Positions 21,882-34,370 are shown, counted from the first letter of the whole stretch. The stretch: 63,127 nucleotides of DNA, filler included, from Chrysochromulina tobinii (GCA_001275005.1; 8 parts of 8 records of this genome joined end to end with filler, not necessarily neighbours in it); one strand, 5' to 3'. Notes: generated from the sequence alone by a model not told the origin. Numbers and translations are program-made.

Positions 21882-22291
21882 ACCTCTGTGGTTCCATAGA
21901 GTGGCGCAACCCTGCTCGACCGCGCAGACTGTCCTACACGGCCGTTCTGCACGACTGTCCTCACGATGAGCACGACGCCCGATGAGCACCACGTTCCGAC
22001 GACAGTCTCAAGCACGCTCGGCACGCACGATGACGCGAGCAGTAGCACAGCGCCGAGAGGCGGTGACTGCTGGCTGATGGATATGCGGTGCCCAGCTGTG
22101 CGACACGGCTGTCTGACACTCTGACTTCATCTTCAAAATACTGTGTTCACAGTTCAGTCAAGTCGCTAGTACGTAGTACGCACTGTGCGCTGTCGAAGGT
22201 ACTGTTTATCCCTAATACTTTACGCTCGTGCACAGCTTTTGTCTGTCCACAGCTTAAAACCGGCAACCGCGCCCACAGTGGCGGCGGGCCC

Positions 22292-25200
22292 TCACTCCAG
22301 TTTGACAGCGCCCATGAAAGCGCCGTTCGTGCCGTCTGCCGCCGCGCCGAGACGGCGCGTGGACTGTTCGCGCAGCTCCAGCGGCTGCTCGGCGGCGTCC
22401 TCTCGCTCAAAGCGCGCGAGCAGCCGCCAGTCGTACGGCCGGTGCACGTTGAAGTCGCTCTCCCATCCGAGGAATCCGTGGGTGTGCAGCTGGCCGTCCT
22501 CCATGTACGCTGCCGCGAACTGGGGCCCGAGGAACTGCTCAAGTGCCTGCGCGACCGGATCGCGCGCGGGCGCGGGCGCGGGCGCGGGCGCCATCTTGGG
22601 CGCGCGGCTGGTCACGGCGGCCGTGGTGGAGGAAGACGTGTCGCCCAGGCGCGGTGCCTTTGAAGGTCGGCGTCCGCCTTTCGACGATTGGGCGGGAGCT
22701 GCGCTGCCGCCATCGGCGGCCTCGTTCACAGCGGCCGCGTCCTCCTCTTCCCAGTGCGCGACCAGGAGAGCGTGCTCGGCGCGCCGACGCTCCAGGTCCG
22801 AGACGGCGTTGAGCAGCGCGTTCATCCGTGCCTTGAAGACGGCCTCCGACAAGAAAGTTGGCCCAACGCTCCCTGCGGGTGCGGGCGGCAGTTTCTTGCC
22901 CGAGGGCGCTGGCACGGGCAGCACATCGAGTACGTCGTACCCGCGAAACCAATCGGGTGGCGGCTCGGGCGCGTCGTAGCCGGCCCCGAGCGCGGCCGCG
23001 CTCGCCGGCGAAGCTTCGCGGAAACCTCCCGCACCGGGAGGCACCGCGGGGGCCTCTGCGGGCGGCAGCAGCGGCGGCAGCGGACGACGGCCGCCGAGGC
23101 GACACCCAAAATGGAGCTCGGGATCGTCGGCGATCTCAAAGTAAGCTCGGTAGCCGTGCTTGTACACGCCGAGAAGCAGCATCGCATCGTCGCGCGTCGA
23201 CCACGGGACGGTGTCTTCGCGTCCCACGCCTCCCGGCACTGTCGGGGCTCGGAAGGTGAGCAGTGGCGTGCGCTCGCGCTCGACGGCATCGGCGAGACGC
23301 TTGAGGATGATGAGCCGCGCCATGAAGGTGGCGCCGAGCTTGTGCACACGCTCCGCGTACTCGTGCCCGCCCGCGCTGGCGGAGACGTACGGCTCGAGCT
23401 CGTGCGTCTGCTCCTTGGTCAGGAGCGGCGCATCGCAGCCGAGCTGGGAGAGGAGCTCACGCGCTTTGGCAATCCCCTCGATCTCCTGCTCCCCGAGGGG
23501 AGGGCCACCCGCCGGGATGCCGAGACGGGCATCGCCCTTGTCACCGCCGCCCACTCCGGCGATGGGCACGCCCACGCAGAGGCAGACGAAGGCGACGCCG
23601 AAGCGAGCCACCTCGACGTCGTCGCGGAGCTTGGTCGCGCCGCCCGCGTACTCCTTGATGCGCGCCCACCGGCCGAAACCATAGGAGAGCATCGCGCGCT
23701 CCACGTTCATGCGCTCCGTCTTGCTCCACACGTGCGCGAGTGATCGGCGTGCCTGGCGGCGTGCCTCCTCCTCGTCCTTGGAGCCCTTGTCCTTGATGCC
23801 GCGCCGCTTGACGCCGCCCTCCTCGAGGTGCTCCTCGATCTCAAACTCGCTCGCCATGCCGAGCCGTGCCACCTGCTTCGACTTGCGCTTGACGTAGTAC
23901 TCGGCGAGCGCCTCGTCCTTCGCTTGCAGCTCGGGCAAGATCTTGGTCCAGAACTCAGGGTCGTCCATGTCGACGTCGTGCTCGTCGGATACAAAGGCCG
24001 CCTTCGAGAAGACCGAGCCGGAGCCCGTGTTCTGATCGTACGACACCTTGGTCGACTGCGCGAGGATCTCGTCAATGTCGGCCTCGTTGAACTTACGTGA
24101 CTGCGAGTCGTCCTCTTCGGACATGAAGATGTTGTGCGCGCCGCGCTTGAGCATCGCGTCCACCTCGGCGCGATCCTGCGGCGGCCCGCGCTGCTGCGAC
24201 GCCGTCACCGACAGTCCATCGGAGGCGCGGTCGGCATTCATGGCGCGCTCGAGGCCAAGCTTGCGGTTGGCGCGCTCGACCATCTCGGACTCGTACGTGT
24301 TCTTGGTGACGAACCGGAAGACCTTGACGCGCTTCGACTGGCCGATGCGATGCGAGCGCGCCATGGCCTGCACGTCGTTCTGCGGGTTCCAGTCGGAGTC
24401 GAAGATGATGCACGTGTCGGCCGCGATCAGGTTGATACCGAGCCCCCCCGCGCGCGTCGAGAGGAGGAAGGCGAACGTGTCTGAGCCCGGCTTGCAGAAG
24501 CGATCGATGGCGGCCTGTCGTAGGTCGCCGCGCACAGTGCCGTCGAGCCGCTCATGCGAGTAGCGGCGCTCGCGAAGGTAGTCCGAGAGTAGGTCGAGTA
24601 CGCGCACCATCTGCGAGAAGATGAGCACACGGTGCCCTTCGGCCTTGAGCTTGGGCAGCAGCTTGTCGAGCAGCACGCACTTGCCACTCGCCTTGAGCAA
24701 CGAGTCGAGGTAGCTCGGCCTCGGGCCGGCGCTCGGAACGGCGAGCGTCGTCGACGAGCCCGCCGCCACCGACGGCGGCACGCCCTCGACCTCGTCGGTG
24801 CCGTTGAGCTCCCTCTCTCGCTGCTCTATTCCCTGGATCAGGTACGGGTGGTTGCACACCTTGCGCAGCTCCATCTGCAGGTTGATGAGGGAGGGCATCG
24901 CCGCGCTCTGCGCGCCGCCGAGGAGGATCTCGCGGTTGCCCTCGAGCACCGCGCGGTAGCAGCGCTTCTGGAATAAGGTCATCTCGACCCAGATGATCGT
25001 CTCCTCGAGAGGGACGAGGCTCTTCTCGACGTCACCCTTTTGGCGGCGCAGCAGGTACGGCCGGATCTTCTCGTTGAGCGCGTCCACCTGCGCGCTGTCC
25101 GTGAGCGTGCCGAACTCGGCGAGGAACTCGTCCAGCGAGGGGAAGAGCTGCCTGTCGAGAAAGTAAAGGAGAGCCCACAGCTCGGTCGTGTTGTTCTGGA

Positions 25201-26812
25201 GCGGCGTGCCCGAGAGCAGGTGCATGTGCTCCATCGAGATCGTGCGCAGATCGGCCGCGAGTGCCGAGTCCTTGTTCTTCAGACGGTGCGCCTCGTCGAT
25301 GACCACGTACCGCCACGGGATCTTTTTGAACACGTGCAGGTCCTGCTTGATCACCTCGTACGAGGTGATGAGGACGTGGAACTTGTACAAGAGCGGCGCC
25401 TCGCTGCCCGGTTTGGGCGGGGGCACGACGTTGGGGGCGAAGTGCCACTCAACCTCGCGGATGAGCTCACGGGACTCATTCGAGCCGTGGTACAAGATCG
25501 TGTTCATCTCGGTCCACTCCTCAAACTCGCGAAGCCAGTGGGCGAGCGTGGAGAGGGGCGCGAGCACTAGAAAGGGGCCGCGGATGCCCTCCTCCTTCCA
25601 AATATGGTGCAGCGTCGAGACGGACTGGACAGTCTTGCCGAGACCCATCTCATCCGCGAGCATGACCGAGCGCCGATTGTACCACGAGAAGAGCAGCCAG
25701 TTGAGCCCCTCGAGTTGATACGGGCGGAGCGTGTGCCCGGCTTTGAAGGAGGGCGACGCGGTCAGCTTCTTGAAGGCAGTCTTGAGGGGCCGGAAGCCGC
25801 CAGACGCAGCCATCTTCTTCTCGTGTTCGGGCGGCGCCTGCTCGCGCTGGTGGTACAGCCGGATCGCCTGCTGCTCCGCGAGGAGCGTGCGGCAGCTCTC
25901 CCAAGTGCACGCCGCGTACGGCAGCGATCTCCACTTGACGAGATAGCGAGGCGGCAGGTCCTCGCTGTGGGGTGGCACCGCCTCACTCGCCGCCTGGCAC
26001 ACGATGCGCTCGACGACCTCAAAGTCTGGATTGTACGGCTCCTCATCGGTACGCGCGCCACGCCCGCCCTCGTCGCCCTCGTCGCCCAGGTCCCAGGTGT
26101 TGTCGGCGCCGTTGCCCGTCTCTCGCTCCGCCTGCGCCTTGAGGAATCGCAACACGCGCTGCTTGTTACTGAGCTCAGCCTCGAGCTCGCGCCGCGGCAC
26201 CCACTGGCAGTGGATGTGGGCGAGGCCCTTCCACTTGACGAGCAGCTCGGGCTCGCCCGTCTCCTCCGGCAGGCGGATCAGGTAGATTTTCTCCAACGGC
26301 CCCGGGAGCAGCCCCGGCCGCCACGCGCCCGCGACGGGCAGCGCGGGAGGCACGCCGCCTGCGGGCTTGGGCACCCACGACCAGTCGTCCTCGTCGTCGA
26401 TCCAAGCGCCCTCAGACTCGTCGAGGCCCTCGAAGTTGGCGTGCATGCTGCGAACGCGGGTTGGGACGCAGCAGCAAAGGGCTCAATAGGGGGGAATCGC
26501 GGAGCGCTCATGGCCAAGTGTGCAGCCGGGCAGAGGCAGCTGCTGGTGGAACAGGTACGAGTGCGCTGCTCGCACGCGGCGTGCCAACACGCACCGGTGC
26601 CGCTCCACGTACACCACGACGCCCAAGTAGGGCACCAGCCCGGAGCGGCCCTCGTCGTACAGGACCTGAATGCATTGACCGACTGCCTCTAGGGCGGTCT
26701 TGCCCTTGAGATTCATGGGGCGCGTCGGTCTCGCACGCGACGGACCGCCACCAGTCACCTCGGGCGCCGGCGCTGAGGACGGTGCCGGCTGCTTGCCGGC
26801 TCCTCGAGGCAT
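22292..26812 (-). CDS. CHD-family chromatin remodeler (Tudor-like, tandem chromodomains, SNF2 ATPase, SANT/SLIDE-like); exons 26812-26595, 26447-22292
   Basis: Chromodomains LLVKWKGLAHIHCQW and YLVKWRSLPYAACTWE; helicase motifs LADEMGLGKT, IDEAHRLKN, LSGTPLQNN, LLSTRAGGLGINL and QAMARSHRIGQ; WSTRDDAMLLLGVYKHGY. An in-frame GTGCGT...CAG intron lies at 26594..26448. Confidence 0.93.
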
Positions 26813-27136
26813 TCCTTAGGCGCTGGGTGAGTGACACGCGACCGACCTCAGTGCAGAGCCTGCATCGCAAACGCCAAGGCGAGCGCTCACCATGGCGTTT
26901 TTCGATCGTGCTGCCTCGCTCAGCAGGAAGGCGTCGAAGAACCTCGAGAAATTCCGTGCTCTTACTCACAAAGTTAGACAAACGGTCAGCTTTCTTCGAC
27001 CTGGGCGGCCCAGTGGCGGCCCTGGCGGCCCCCGCCGTCGATGGCGTCAGCGGCGTGGGGCTCGCTCCGGCCGCCATCTGCGCGCGACGTCAAGGGCCGT
27101 GGGTCTGTCAAGGGCTTGCAGGCCGCGCCGCTGCCG

Positions 27137-28075
27137 ATGAGTCATCTCGTCGTGCTCGACTTTGAGTGGACCGCGGACAATCGGAAGCGCATGCTGCCCG
27201 TGAGTGAGATAACACAGTTCCCATCTGTTCTTGTGCGCCTTGATGGGCAGCGCTCTTCCATCATTGACCAGTTTGACACGTTTGTGAGGCCCACGCTCAA
27301 CCCGACGCTGACGCCCTTCTCCATCCAGCTCACTGCCATCAGCCAGTCCGACGTGGACGCGGCTCCCACTCTTGTCGCTGTTGTGCCTCAGTATCTGGCA
27401 TGGCTGCGCGGGCACGGACTCGTGGATGACGAGGGCGCACGGCGAGGCAGCTGGTCATTCTGCACGTGGTCCGATGCGGATATTGGCGGCCAGCTCGCCA
27501 CAGAGTTGCGCGTCAAGGGCTTGGCGATGCCCAGCTGCTTTGATCAGTGGGTCGATCTGAAACTGGTCTACCATCGCCGCTACAAGCGGGAGCCCCGCGG
27601 AGGGCTGCGGGCGTGCGTGGAGCGCCTCGGGCTGGTCTTCGACGGGCGCGCGCACAATGGTCTCGTCGACAGCATCAACACGGCCAAGATTGCGCTCCAC
27701 ATGGCCAGAGGCGAAGGCATGCACGGGCCCGCCCACGTCTTCACGCGGCCGACGCGCGGACTCGACCTCAACGGGTACCCGTACGGCTCGAAGGCCAGCC
27801 GCGAGGCAAGGACGCAGACGGCCTCCAGCGTGCCTGCCGTGGGCGAGGCACCATCAAGTGCGCATGCATCTCGAGACGCTCTTGGCGTCGCGAACAGCCG
27901 GGCAACGACCGGCATCTGCAGCAGCAGTGGGCCCTGCAGCAGCAGCAGTATCTTTGACGACGCGTGCCTCCCAGACGAGGTGCTTGGTAACATGGCATTG
28001 CCCGACGGCGCGGACGCCGAATATGCTGCCAAATCGAGCCCTGTTGGCGTCAGGAAGCGAGCTCGGGTCGGGTAA
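27137..28075 (+). CDS. ERI1/ERI3-like DEDDh 3'-5' exonuclease
   Basis: Motifs LVVLDFEWT, EITQFPSV, FDTFVRP, TWSDADIG, WVDLK and FDGRAHNGLVDSINTAKI. Confidence 0.9.
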   Translation: MSHLVVLDFEWTADNRKRMLPVSEITQFPSVLVRLDGQRSSIIDQFDTFVRPTLNPTLTPFSIQLTAISQSDVDAAPTLVAVVPQYLAWLRGHGLVDDEGARRGSWSFCTWSDADIGGQLATELRVKGLAMPSCFDQWVDLKLVYHRRYKREPRGGLRACVERLGLVFDGRAHNGLVDSINTAKIALHMARGEGMHGPAHVFTRPTRGLDLNGYPYGSKASREARTQTASSVPAVGEAPSSAHASRDALGVANSRATTGICSSSGPCSSSSIFDDACLPDEVLGNMALPDGADAEYAAKSSPVGVRKRARVG

Positions 28076-28309
28076 CCATAAGTACAACCAAGACGCGACC
28101 GTGACCCCATGACTGCGCCGAAGACATCGGGGTCGGTACCGTACCCACAGAACCTCAGAATTCGTCCGGGATCGCCTCCAAAGTCAACACTTGAAAGTTT
28201 GATGAACTCATACCGCCTGAGTCAACACCAAAATCTGCTCTGTGGGTTGATTGTGACATTTCACATTACAGGGGGGGAAATGTAATTTCAAGCTTCGGGC
28301 TAGGATTAC

Positions 28310-28570
28310 AATTCCGAAATTCCGGGATTTCAATTCCAAGTCCGCCCCTGCACTGTCGCCTCACCGGGAATTTCGGAATCCTGGGTTTGCAGAGAGGGCT
28401 GGGGGCCGGAAGTGGAATCGGGAATTTCGGAATCCTGGGTTTGCAAGGAGCGCTGAGGGCCGGCGAAGTGGAATCGGGAATTTCGGAATCCTGGGTTTGC
28501 AAGGAGCCCTGGGGGCCGGAAGTGGAATCGGGAATTTCGGAATCCTGGGTTTGCAAAGAGGGCTGGGGGC
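28310..28570. repeat. Minisatellite, about 57-60-bp unit
   Basis: CGGGAATTTCGGAATCCTGGGTTTGCA occurs four times, with degenerate copies to the left. Confidence 0.9.
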
Positions 28571-29081
28571 CGCGTCGTACCCGCCGCGTTGCGTTTACTA
28601 ACCATAAATCGAAATTAACCCCTAAACCCGCCGCGTGCGCGACTTGGTTCGGTTCCGTTCTAAGCGCTGCGCGCCGCGCTCCGCGCTCCCAGCAACCCGC
28701 CGCGTCGTACCCGCAGATGTGCGCGTCGCTTCGTCGATTCGGGACGACGAACGAGGTGTCGCTGATCTTCATTGCGTGCGTGTCGTCGAGCGACTCGCCG
28801 TAGACTTGTACACCTTTGACCATGCAGAGAAAGTCGCCGCGCGTCACATCGTCGCGTCCTTGGCCGAGGAAGAGCCCGACTTCATTGAGCACGCGACCCT
28901 TCTTATCTTTGAGGCCCGTGCGCGCGATGCATAGCCCGGAGATCATTCCCTTGCCCAACGGGCCCGGAATTGTAGTCGTTGGGTGCTCGTCGAGGCTCCG
29001 AGGAGGAGGCTTCCAGTCTGGCGGTTGCCAGCGGTCGACGACGCCAGCACCCGCAGCCGCACGCTTGATGGGTCGCATCAT
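28571..29081 (-). pseudogene. Degenerate SET-like ORF truncated by the minisatellite
   Basis: GLCIARTG...VGLFLG...TRGDFLCMVKG...HAMKI...LWLVNATRRVRRG follows SET motif order but lacks the NH motif and the GEEL..DY end. Confidence 0.35.
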
Positions 29082-29203
29082 GGAAAGCGGGTTGCGGGAG
29101 GCGATGCACCCGTTTTGGGCTTTCTTGTTAACAGTGAAACAGGACACAGTGAAGACGGATCGAATTTGGGGAGCGGAGCCGTCCTTTGAGACGGACGGTG
29201 GAG

Positions 29204-29500
29204 TGTCCCCAGGACGCTCATCTTCGCCCACTTCGCCGACGCCGAAGGCCACACACCGGCCCAAGGCAACGCACGCGTGAACGCGTGCACGCACTCCCCC
29301 ACCCCTTGTATCATGTTAGGGGCGGGAGAAAAAGGGATGTGGTGAATGAAATGCATGCAACTTTGGCAGGCGCGCTCCGTGCACCAGCGTGTCCCCAGAC
29401 GCTCATCTTCGGCCGACCGAAGGCCACACACCGGCCCAAGGCAACGCTCGCGTGAGCGCGTGCACGTACCTCCCCCACCCCTCATATCACATCAGGGCGC
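29204..29500. repeat. Imperfect direct repeat, 2 copies about 185 bp apart
   Basis: ACGCTCATCTTCG...CCGAAGGCCACACACCGGCCCAAGGCAACGC...CGCGTGCACG occurs twice. Confidence 0.8.
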
Positions 29501-30799
29501 GGAGGTGGAATGAGCGTGGGGGGACCGCGAAGAAACTGACTGACTGACTGAATTTGTCACACATCATGAGCTGCCGGAAAGACGCAACGGCGCGGGTGGA
29601 GCGTCCGAAAACAGCGCTTTTCTCACTTCGAGAACGGGGGCCCTCCTTCCTGAGCGTTTGGTAAGCTTGTAGTTTTAGATGAAGCCATATTGTGAAACGA
29701 CCCATGGCCCGGCGAGGTCCTCTGACCTGCCGGAGCCTCCCCTGCCTTCCCGGGTACACCTCGGTAGATACCGGACTTACCATACTTACTGATGCTGACA
29801 CTCCTGGGGTAGCGTGCGATGAGAACTGAATCCTCTGTGGTGAATGTTCTGGTGATCTGCCCGTTGCAGATCCAAACTGAAGTGATACCCATCATGTATC
29901 CCTGCTATATTCGCGTGGGCTGGGCGGGTGGTTGCGAATATCCAAAGCTCGAGGAAGAGAGGTTGGAAGCCGACCGCGTCCGAGCGGGCCGAGCGTCGAT
30001 CAATCGAGAGAGAAAGACCGGCATACTCAAGAGTGAACGGATCCTGGGAATCTATAAGTGAGCACTTGGACGGGTTGCCTTGCATGCTGTAGGGAATTAG
30101 GTATTCCATTTCCACAGCGGGATCTCCCAAGTGTTCCTGATACCCTTAACGTTGACTCTGAGAGACGAACATCTCTGATTGATTGATTGACTCTGGCACA
30201 CTCACGCGCTACTCACGCGCCGCATCCCCATCACTCGAAACGAACAGACAGGAGTGTCCGCCAATTGGTGTCCGCCCCCCCCCCTCCCTCTCTGGAGCTG
30301 CTGCTGTTCAACACAACGCGCGCGCACACGCTCCGGACCCCCAAGCACGAGGGCCTCTATCGCTATGGACGGAGGTGTGGCCGACACAGCCCGTGCTAAC
30401 ACAACCGTATTAACACAGGCCGTTCTTCCCCACCCCGTTGGAACACCGGGAGGGAAGCCTCTGAGATTAACCGCCAGCGTGAAAATAGCGCGCGCGCGAC
30501 CCGATAGGTTTTGGCCGGAGGACCCTTTTTTGGACAGTGCAGCTACCGCGTAGCTAAACAACTTCAGCCGGGCCTCCCTCCAAAACTCATTCACACCGTG
30601 CTCTCCACTCTGGTTCTTCAAGGCGGGCTGAAAAGCCCGCCGATGTCGAGCTCATCGGCTACCTCTCCCGCGGAGCTCTCGCTCCGCCCGACACTATGGC
30701 GAACCCGTGGCAATGGCCGCCGAACCCGGCCGACGACCACATCCTGCGCACGTCGAACACTGAAGCAGCCTGCTTGGCTCGCGCTGGGGCGCTTGCTTC

Positions 30800-31320
30800 C
30801 GGTCTGGCCAACCATTGCGGTTGTCCCGTTGGTCAAGATGCATCGCACTGGCCAACCCCTTCGGTTGGGCCCCTTGATCGAAAACGCACAGCGCTGGCCA
30901 ACCACTTCGGTTGTGCCCTTGATCGAAAACGCACCGCGTCTGGCCAACCGCTTCGGTTGTCCCTGATCAGTCTAAGCCAACCCCCCTCGGTTGTGCCTCT
31001 GGTCAAGATGCATCGCGTTGGCCAGCCCCCCTTCGGTTGTGCCCTCGATCGAAAGTGCACAGCGTTGGCCAACCCCCTTCGGTTGTGCCCTCGATCAAAA
31101 GTGCACCGCGTCCGGCCGACTCAGCGACCATACTCGCACCTTGCCAACCATCTCGGTTGTGCTTGCCAACCATTTCGGTTGTGCTGCCAGCTATTGCAGC
31201 TGTGCTTGCCAGCTATTACAGCTGTGCCCCCATCTTTTGGGGACCGTTGCGATCGGCCTGGCCGATCGGCCTGGCCCGTCTTCGGATTCACCTGCCAACC
31301 ATCTCGGTTGTGCTTCGTTC
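30800..31320. repeat. Degenerate minisatellite (GCCAACCnnTTCGGTTGT core, about 20-50-bp spacing)
   Basis: About ten CCAACC...CGGTTGT motifs with related linkers. Confidence 0.8.
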
Positions 31321-31339
31321 CCTTCGGGGGGCGCGCCAG

Positions 31340-31540
31340 CGGGTGCCTCTCTACACCTCCGACTCCCTCTGCGACGACGGCGGCCCCGGCGCCGAGTACG
31401 CAGACTGCATCTACGGCACCGACTGCGCCGACTGCGGCCCGCGATTCCCGCCTCCTCCGCCAATACATGTATGCGCGCCGAGACGTGCAACTGGGCTTCC
31501 GACGCCAATTGCAACGACTGCGGCCCCGGCTCGGAGTTCC
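31340..31540 (+). pseudogene. Fragment of the Cys-rich 'CDDGGPGAE..C..GTDC.DCG.R' module
   Basis: TSDSLCDDGGPGAEYADCIYGTDCADCGPR followed by a frameshifted second copy (TCNWASDANCNDCGPGSEF); same module as at 19480-19630; no coding context upstream. Confidence 0.55.
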
Positions 31541-31815
31541 GCCCGGCCCCGGGCCGACGGCATGTGGACCCGACCATCGTCACATGTGTAACACATGTGG
31601 TATTAAGGTGAACTACTCATGACTGAGTCTAGAGAACTAAAGTGTCTAAAGTAAGGGGGTGGGGAAGCCGGCGGTAGCACTCTAAACATTTGCAGCGGGC
31701 GAAAGATCCAGGATCGGGACGATTGAAACGGCGACCTCCTTTAAGGGCCGATGTTGACAAATCTGGCGGTGATTGCGTCTTCCACGCGGCGGTCGTCAGG
31801 GCCTTCGCTTTCGCA

Positions 31816-33830
31816 ATGACGCTCTCGTTGCTGCGGCGAGGCGCGAGCTCGTCCTCACGACGATTGGCACCATCGCTGCGCCGCTGCAAGTCGACGGCCA
31901 CGTGCGTTGCTCTCGCCGCGCCGCCGCGAACGCGCGCTCGCCCACGTGTGCCCGGGCTGCTCCACGCGGAGCCATAGCCTCCGCCGACAGTCCGTGCGTT
32001 GCGCCTTGCCCTCACAGTGCCGACTATGACGACGGCTTCGAGGAGGACTTGCGCTATTCGGGCATGTCGGGCGGCAAGCTCATCCACGAAGCGCTCGTCG
32101 AGTGCGGCGTCGACACCGTTTTTGGCTACTCGGGCGGTGCCAATTTGCCCATCCTCGACCAGTTCAGTCGCCAGAACAAGTCGCCGATCCGGTTCGTGAT
32201 GAACCGGTCGGAGCAGTGCTGCGGCCACGCGGCCGAGGGCTACGCGCGCGCGTCCGGCCGGCCCGGCGTCGTGCTCACCACCTCGGGTCCCGGCCTCACC
32301 AACATCATCACGCCGCTGCAGGATGCGCGTGGCGACTCAACGCCGCTCATCGCGCTGAGCGGGCAGGTGCCGACGGCAGCGGTGGGCACGGATGCGTTCC
32401 AGGAGTGCCTGGCCGTCGACCTGACGCGCCCGTGTACCAAGTGGTCCTATCAGGTCCGCTCCGTTGAGGAGGTACGGTCGGTCGTGCATGAGGCCTTTCG
32501 CGTGGCCACCTCGGGCAAGCCCGGACCGGTACACCTCGACTTGCCCAAGGACGTGATGACAGCGGTGCTGCGCGGCGCGGGCCTGCCGCTGCCGCTGCAG
32601 CCGCCACCCGCGCCCATCGACCACGCCGCTCTCCACCGGGTCGCCGAGCTACTCGCGATCGCGAAGAAGCCGATCTTTTACGTCGGGCAGGGCGCGAATG
32701 GTGCCCATCTCGAGCTTCGAGCGCTCGCAGAGGCGTGCAACGTGCCGGTGACGACGACGGTGCATGCAATGGGCACGTTTGACGAGCACCACCCGAACTC
32801 GCTCCATATGCTCGGCATGCACGGCGCCGCGTACGCCAACTTTGCCATCCAGGAGTCCGACTTGATCGTCGCTATCGGCTCCCGCTTCGACGACCGAACC
32901 ACGGGCGTCCTGAGCAAGTACGCGCCCGAGGCGAAAAAGGCGCACACTGAGGGGCGCGGCGGGCTGATCCACTTCGACATCGAGCCGTCGCAGTTCGGTC
33001 GTGTCATCAACCCGACCGTCGCCGTGTCGGGTGACTGCAAGATGTCCCTCGCGGCCCTGCTGCCGATCGTCGCGCAGTACCCTCCCAAGCACCCTCGCGA
33101 GGCGTGGCTCAAGCGCGCCCACGAACTCAAAGCCGAGTTCCCGTTCCAGTACTCGCCGCCGTCCGACAAGCGCCTCAAGACGCAGAGCGCCATCGAAGCC
33201 ATCTACAATGGGCTCAAGCATCGTGAGAAGGACGTTGTCGTCGCCACAGGCGTGGGCAACCACCAGATGATGAGCTGCCAATTCTTTCGCTGGACGGTGC
33301 CGCGCCAGTTCATCACGAGCGGCTCGCTCGGGACGATGGGCTTCGGGCTGCCCGCTGCCATCGGCGCGCAGGTCGCATGCCCCGACAAGATTGTGGTCCT
33401 CATCGACGGCGACGGCTCGTTCAACATGACGCTCAACGACCTCGGTACCATCAAGGAGCACCAGCTGCCGATTAAGATCGCCATCATGAACGACCACCGG
33501 CAGCAGATGGTACACGTGTGGCAGAAGCTCTTCTTCGACTCGCGCCTGATGGCGACCGACAACGTCAACCCGGACTACGTCGCGCTCGCGCAGGCGTATG
33601 GCATCGAGTCCTACTGTGCCAAAACCACCGACGATCTGCCGTTCGTGATCGACAAGTTCGTCAACGCCAAGGGCCCCGTGCTCATCGACTTCCGATGCGT
33701 GCCCGACATCTGCCTGCCCATGGTCGCACCCGGTAAGGGCCTGGACGAGATGTTCATGCCCGGCTCGATTGACATCAACGCCGGCGCCGAGAAGCAACAG
33801 CCTAAGATGGAAGGCCTCGCGCCGAGCTGA
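31816..33830 (+). CDS. ALS: Acetolactate synthase (AHAS) catalytic subunit; exons 31816-31901, 32018-33830
   Basis: Motifs VFGYSGGA, TTSGPGLTN, GQVP...GTDAFQE, MLGMHG, GSRFDDR, SGSLGTMGFGLPAAIGA and IDGDGSFNM. An Arg/Ser-rich leader is joined in frame through a GTGCGT...CACAG intron at 31902-32017. Confidence 0.95.
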
Positions 33831-33873
33831 GCGACTGCCTAAGATGGAAGGCCTCGCGCCGAGCTGAGCGACT
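33800..33873. repeat. 37-bp direct tandem duplication spanning the ALS stop codon
   Basis: GCCTAAGATGGAAGGCCTCGCGCCGAGCTGAGCGACT occurs twice. Confidence 0.9.
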
Positions 33874-34370
33874 GGTGGGCGACGACGGTGGGGGATGATG
33901 AAGAGGCGGTGCAGTGGTTTACGTCCACTGGCATGAGGTGGCGAGCCCGACGGCAAGGGCGGTGTGAAGCTGGAAGGCGACGGTATGAATACTGGCGAGC
34001 GGCGGATGCCGTTACGGTATCGGCTGGCGGCTGTCTGCTGCATCTGCGAGGCACTTATGTTCTGTGGTGTGGCGCGAAGCCGGCAGCGCTGAGACTAGAC
34101 GGTTCGGGGGCAGAGCGTGAACGACCAGAGATCAAACGAGGGTCGACACATGTTGGCTGTTGGGGTGCGGCTGTCGGGAGGCAACCATGTTTTAGATTGA
34201 TGAAATCTGTTTACTGTGCCTCGATTTTTAGCGGGTGCGCTGCATTGGGGTTTTCAGGCGAGACAGGGCGCGAACGCACACCGAATGCGTCCTCCTTTTT
34301 TCGATTCTTGTCAAGTCGAAGTCAAGAGAAAATGAGAAATCCTATTTGCGGAATTGCATTTCGGAAAAAC

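Larger units (their letters stand above)
19905..22080. repeat. Tandem segmental duplication, 1086-bp period, 2 copies
   Basis: TATTTACACTGTCTTCGGG begins at 19905 and 20991; identical ORF pairs are offset by 1086; the 3' parts diverge. Confidence 0.95.

Noticed and set aside
22088..26692. Many long plus-strand ORFs antisense to the CHD gene (and similar shadows elsewhere)
   Set aside because: Expected shadow ORFs in high-GC coding DNA; Arg/Ala-rich with no motifs.
28252..29561. TGTGACA...TGTCACA as terminal inverted repeats of one element
   Set aside because: Only 7 bp and no target-site duplication seen; insufficient without other copies.
29664..29705. VVLDEA Walker-B-like peptide
   Set aside because: Flanked by stops and a frameshift, with no other helicase motifs; may be chance.
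28310..31320. Minisatellites at 28310-28570 and 30800-31320 as CRISPR arrays
   Set aside because: Inter-repeat sequences are homologous rather than unique; these are ordinary tandem repeats.
31991..31993. Possible 3-nt microexon (AG-TCC-GTGCGT) in the ALS intron
   Set aside because: The downstream intron would be only 24 nt; a single intron at 31902-32017 explains the frame.
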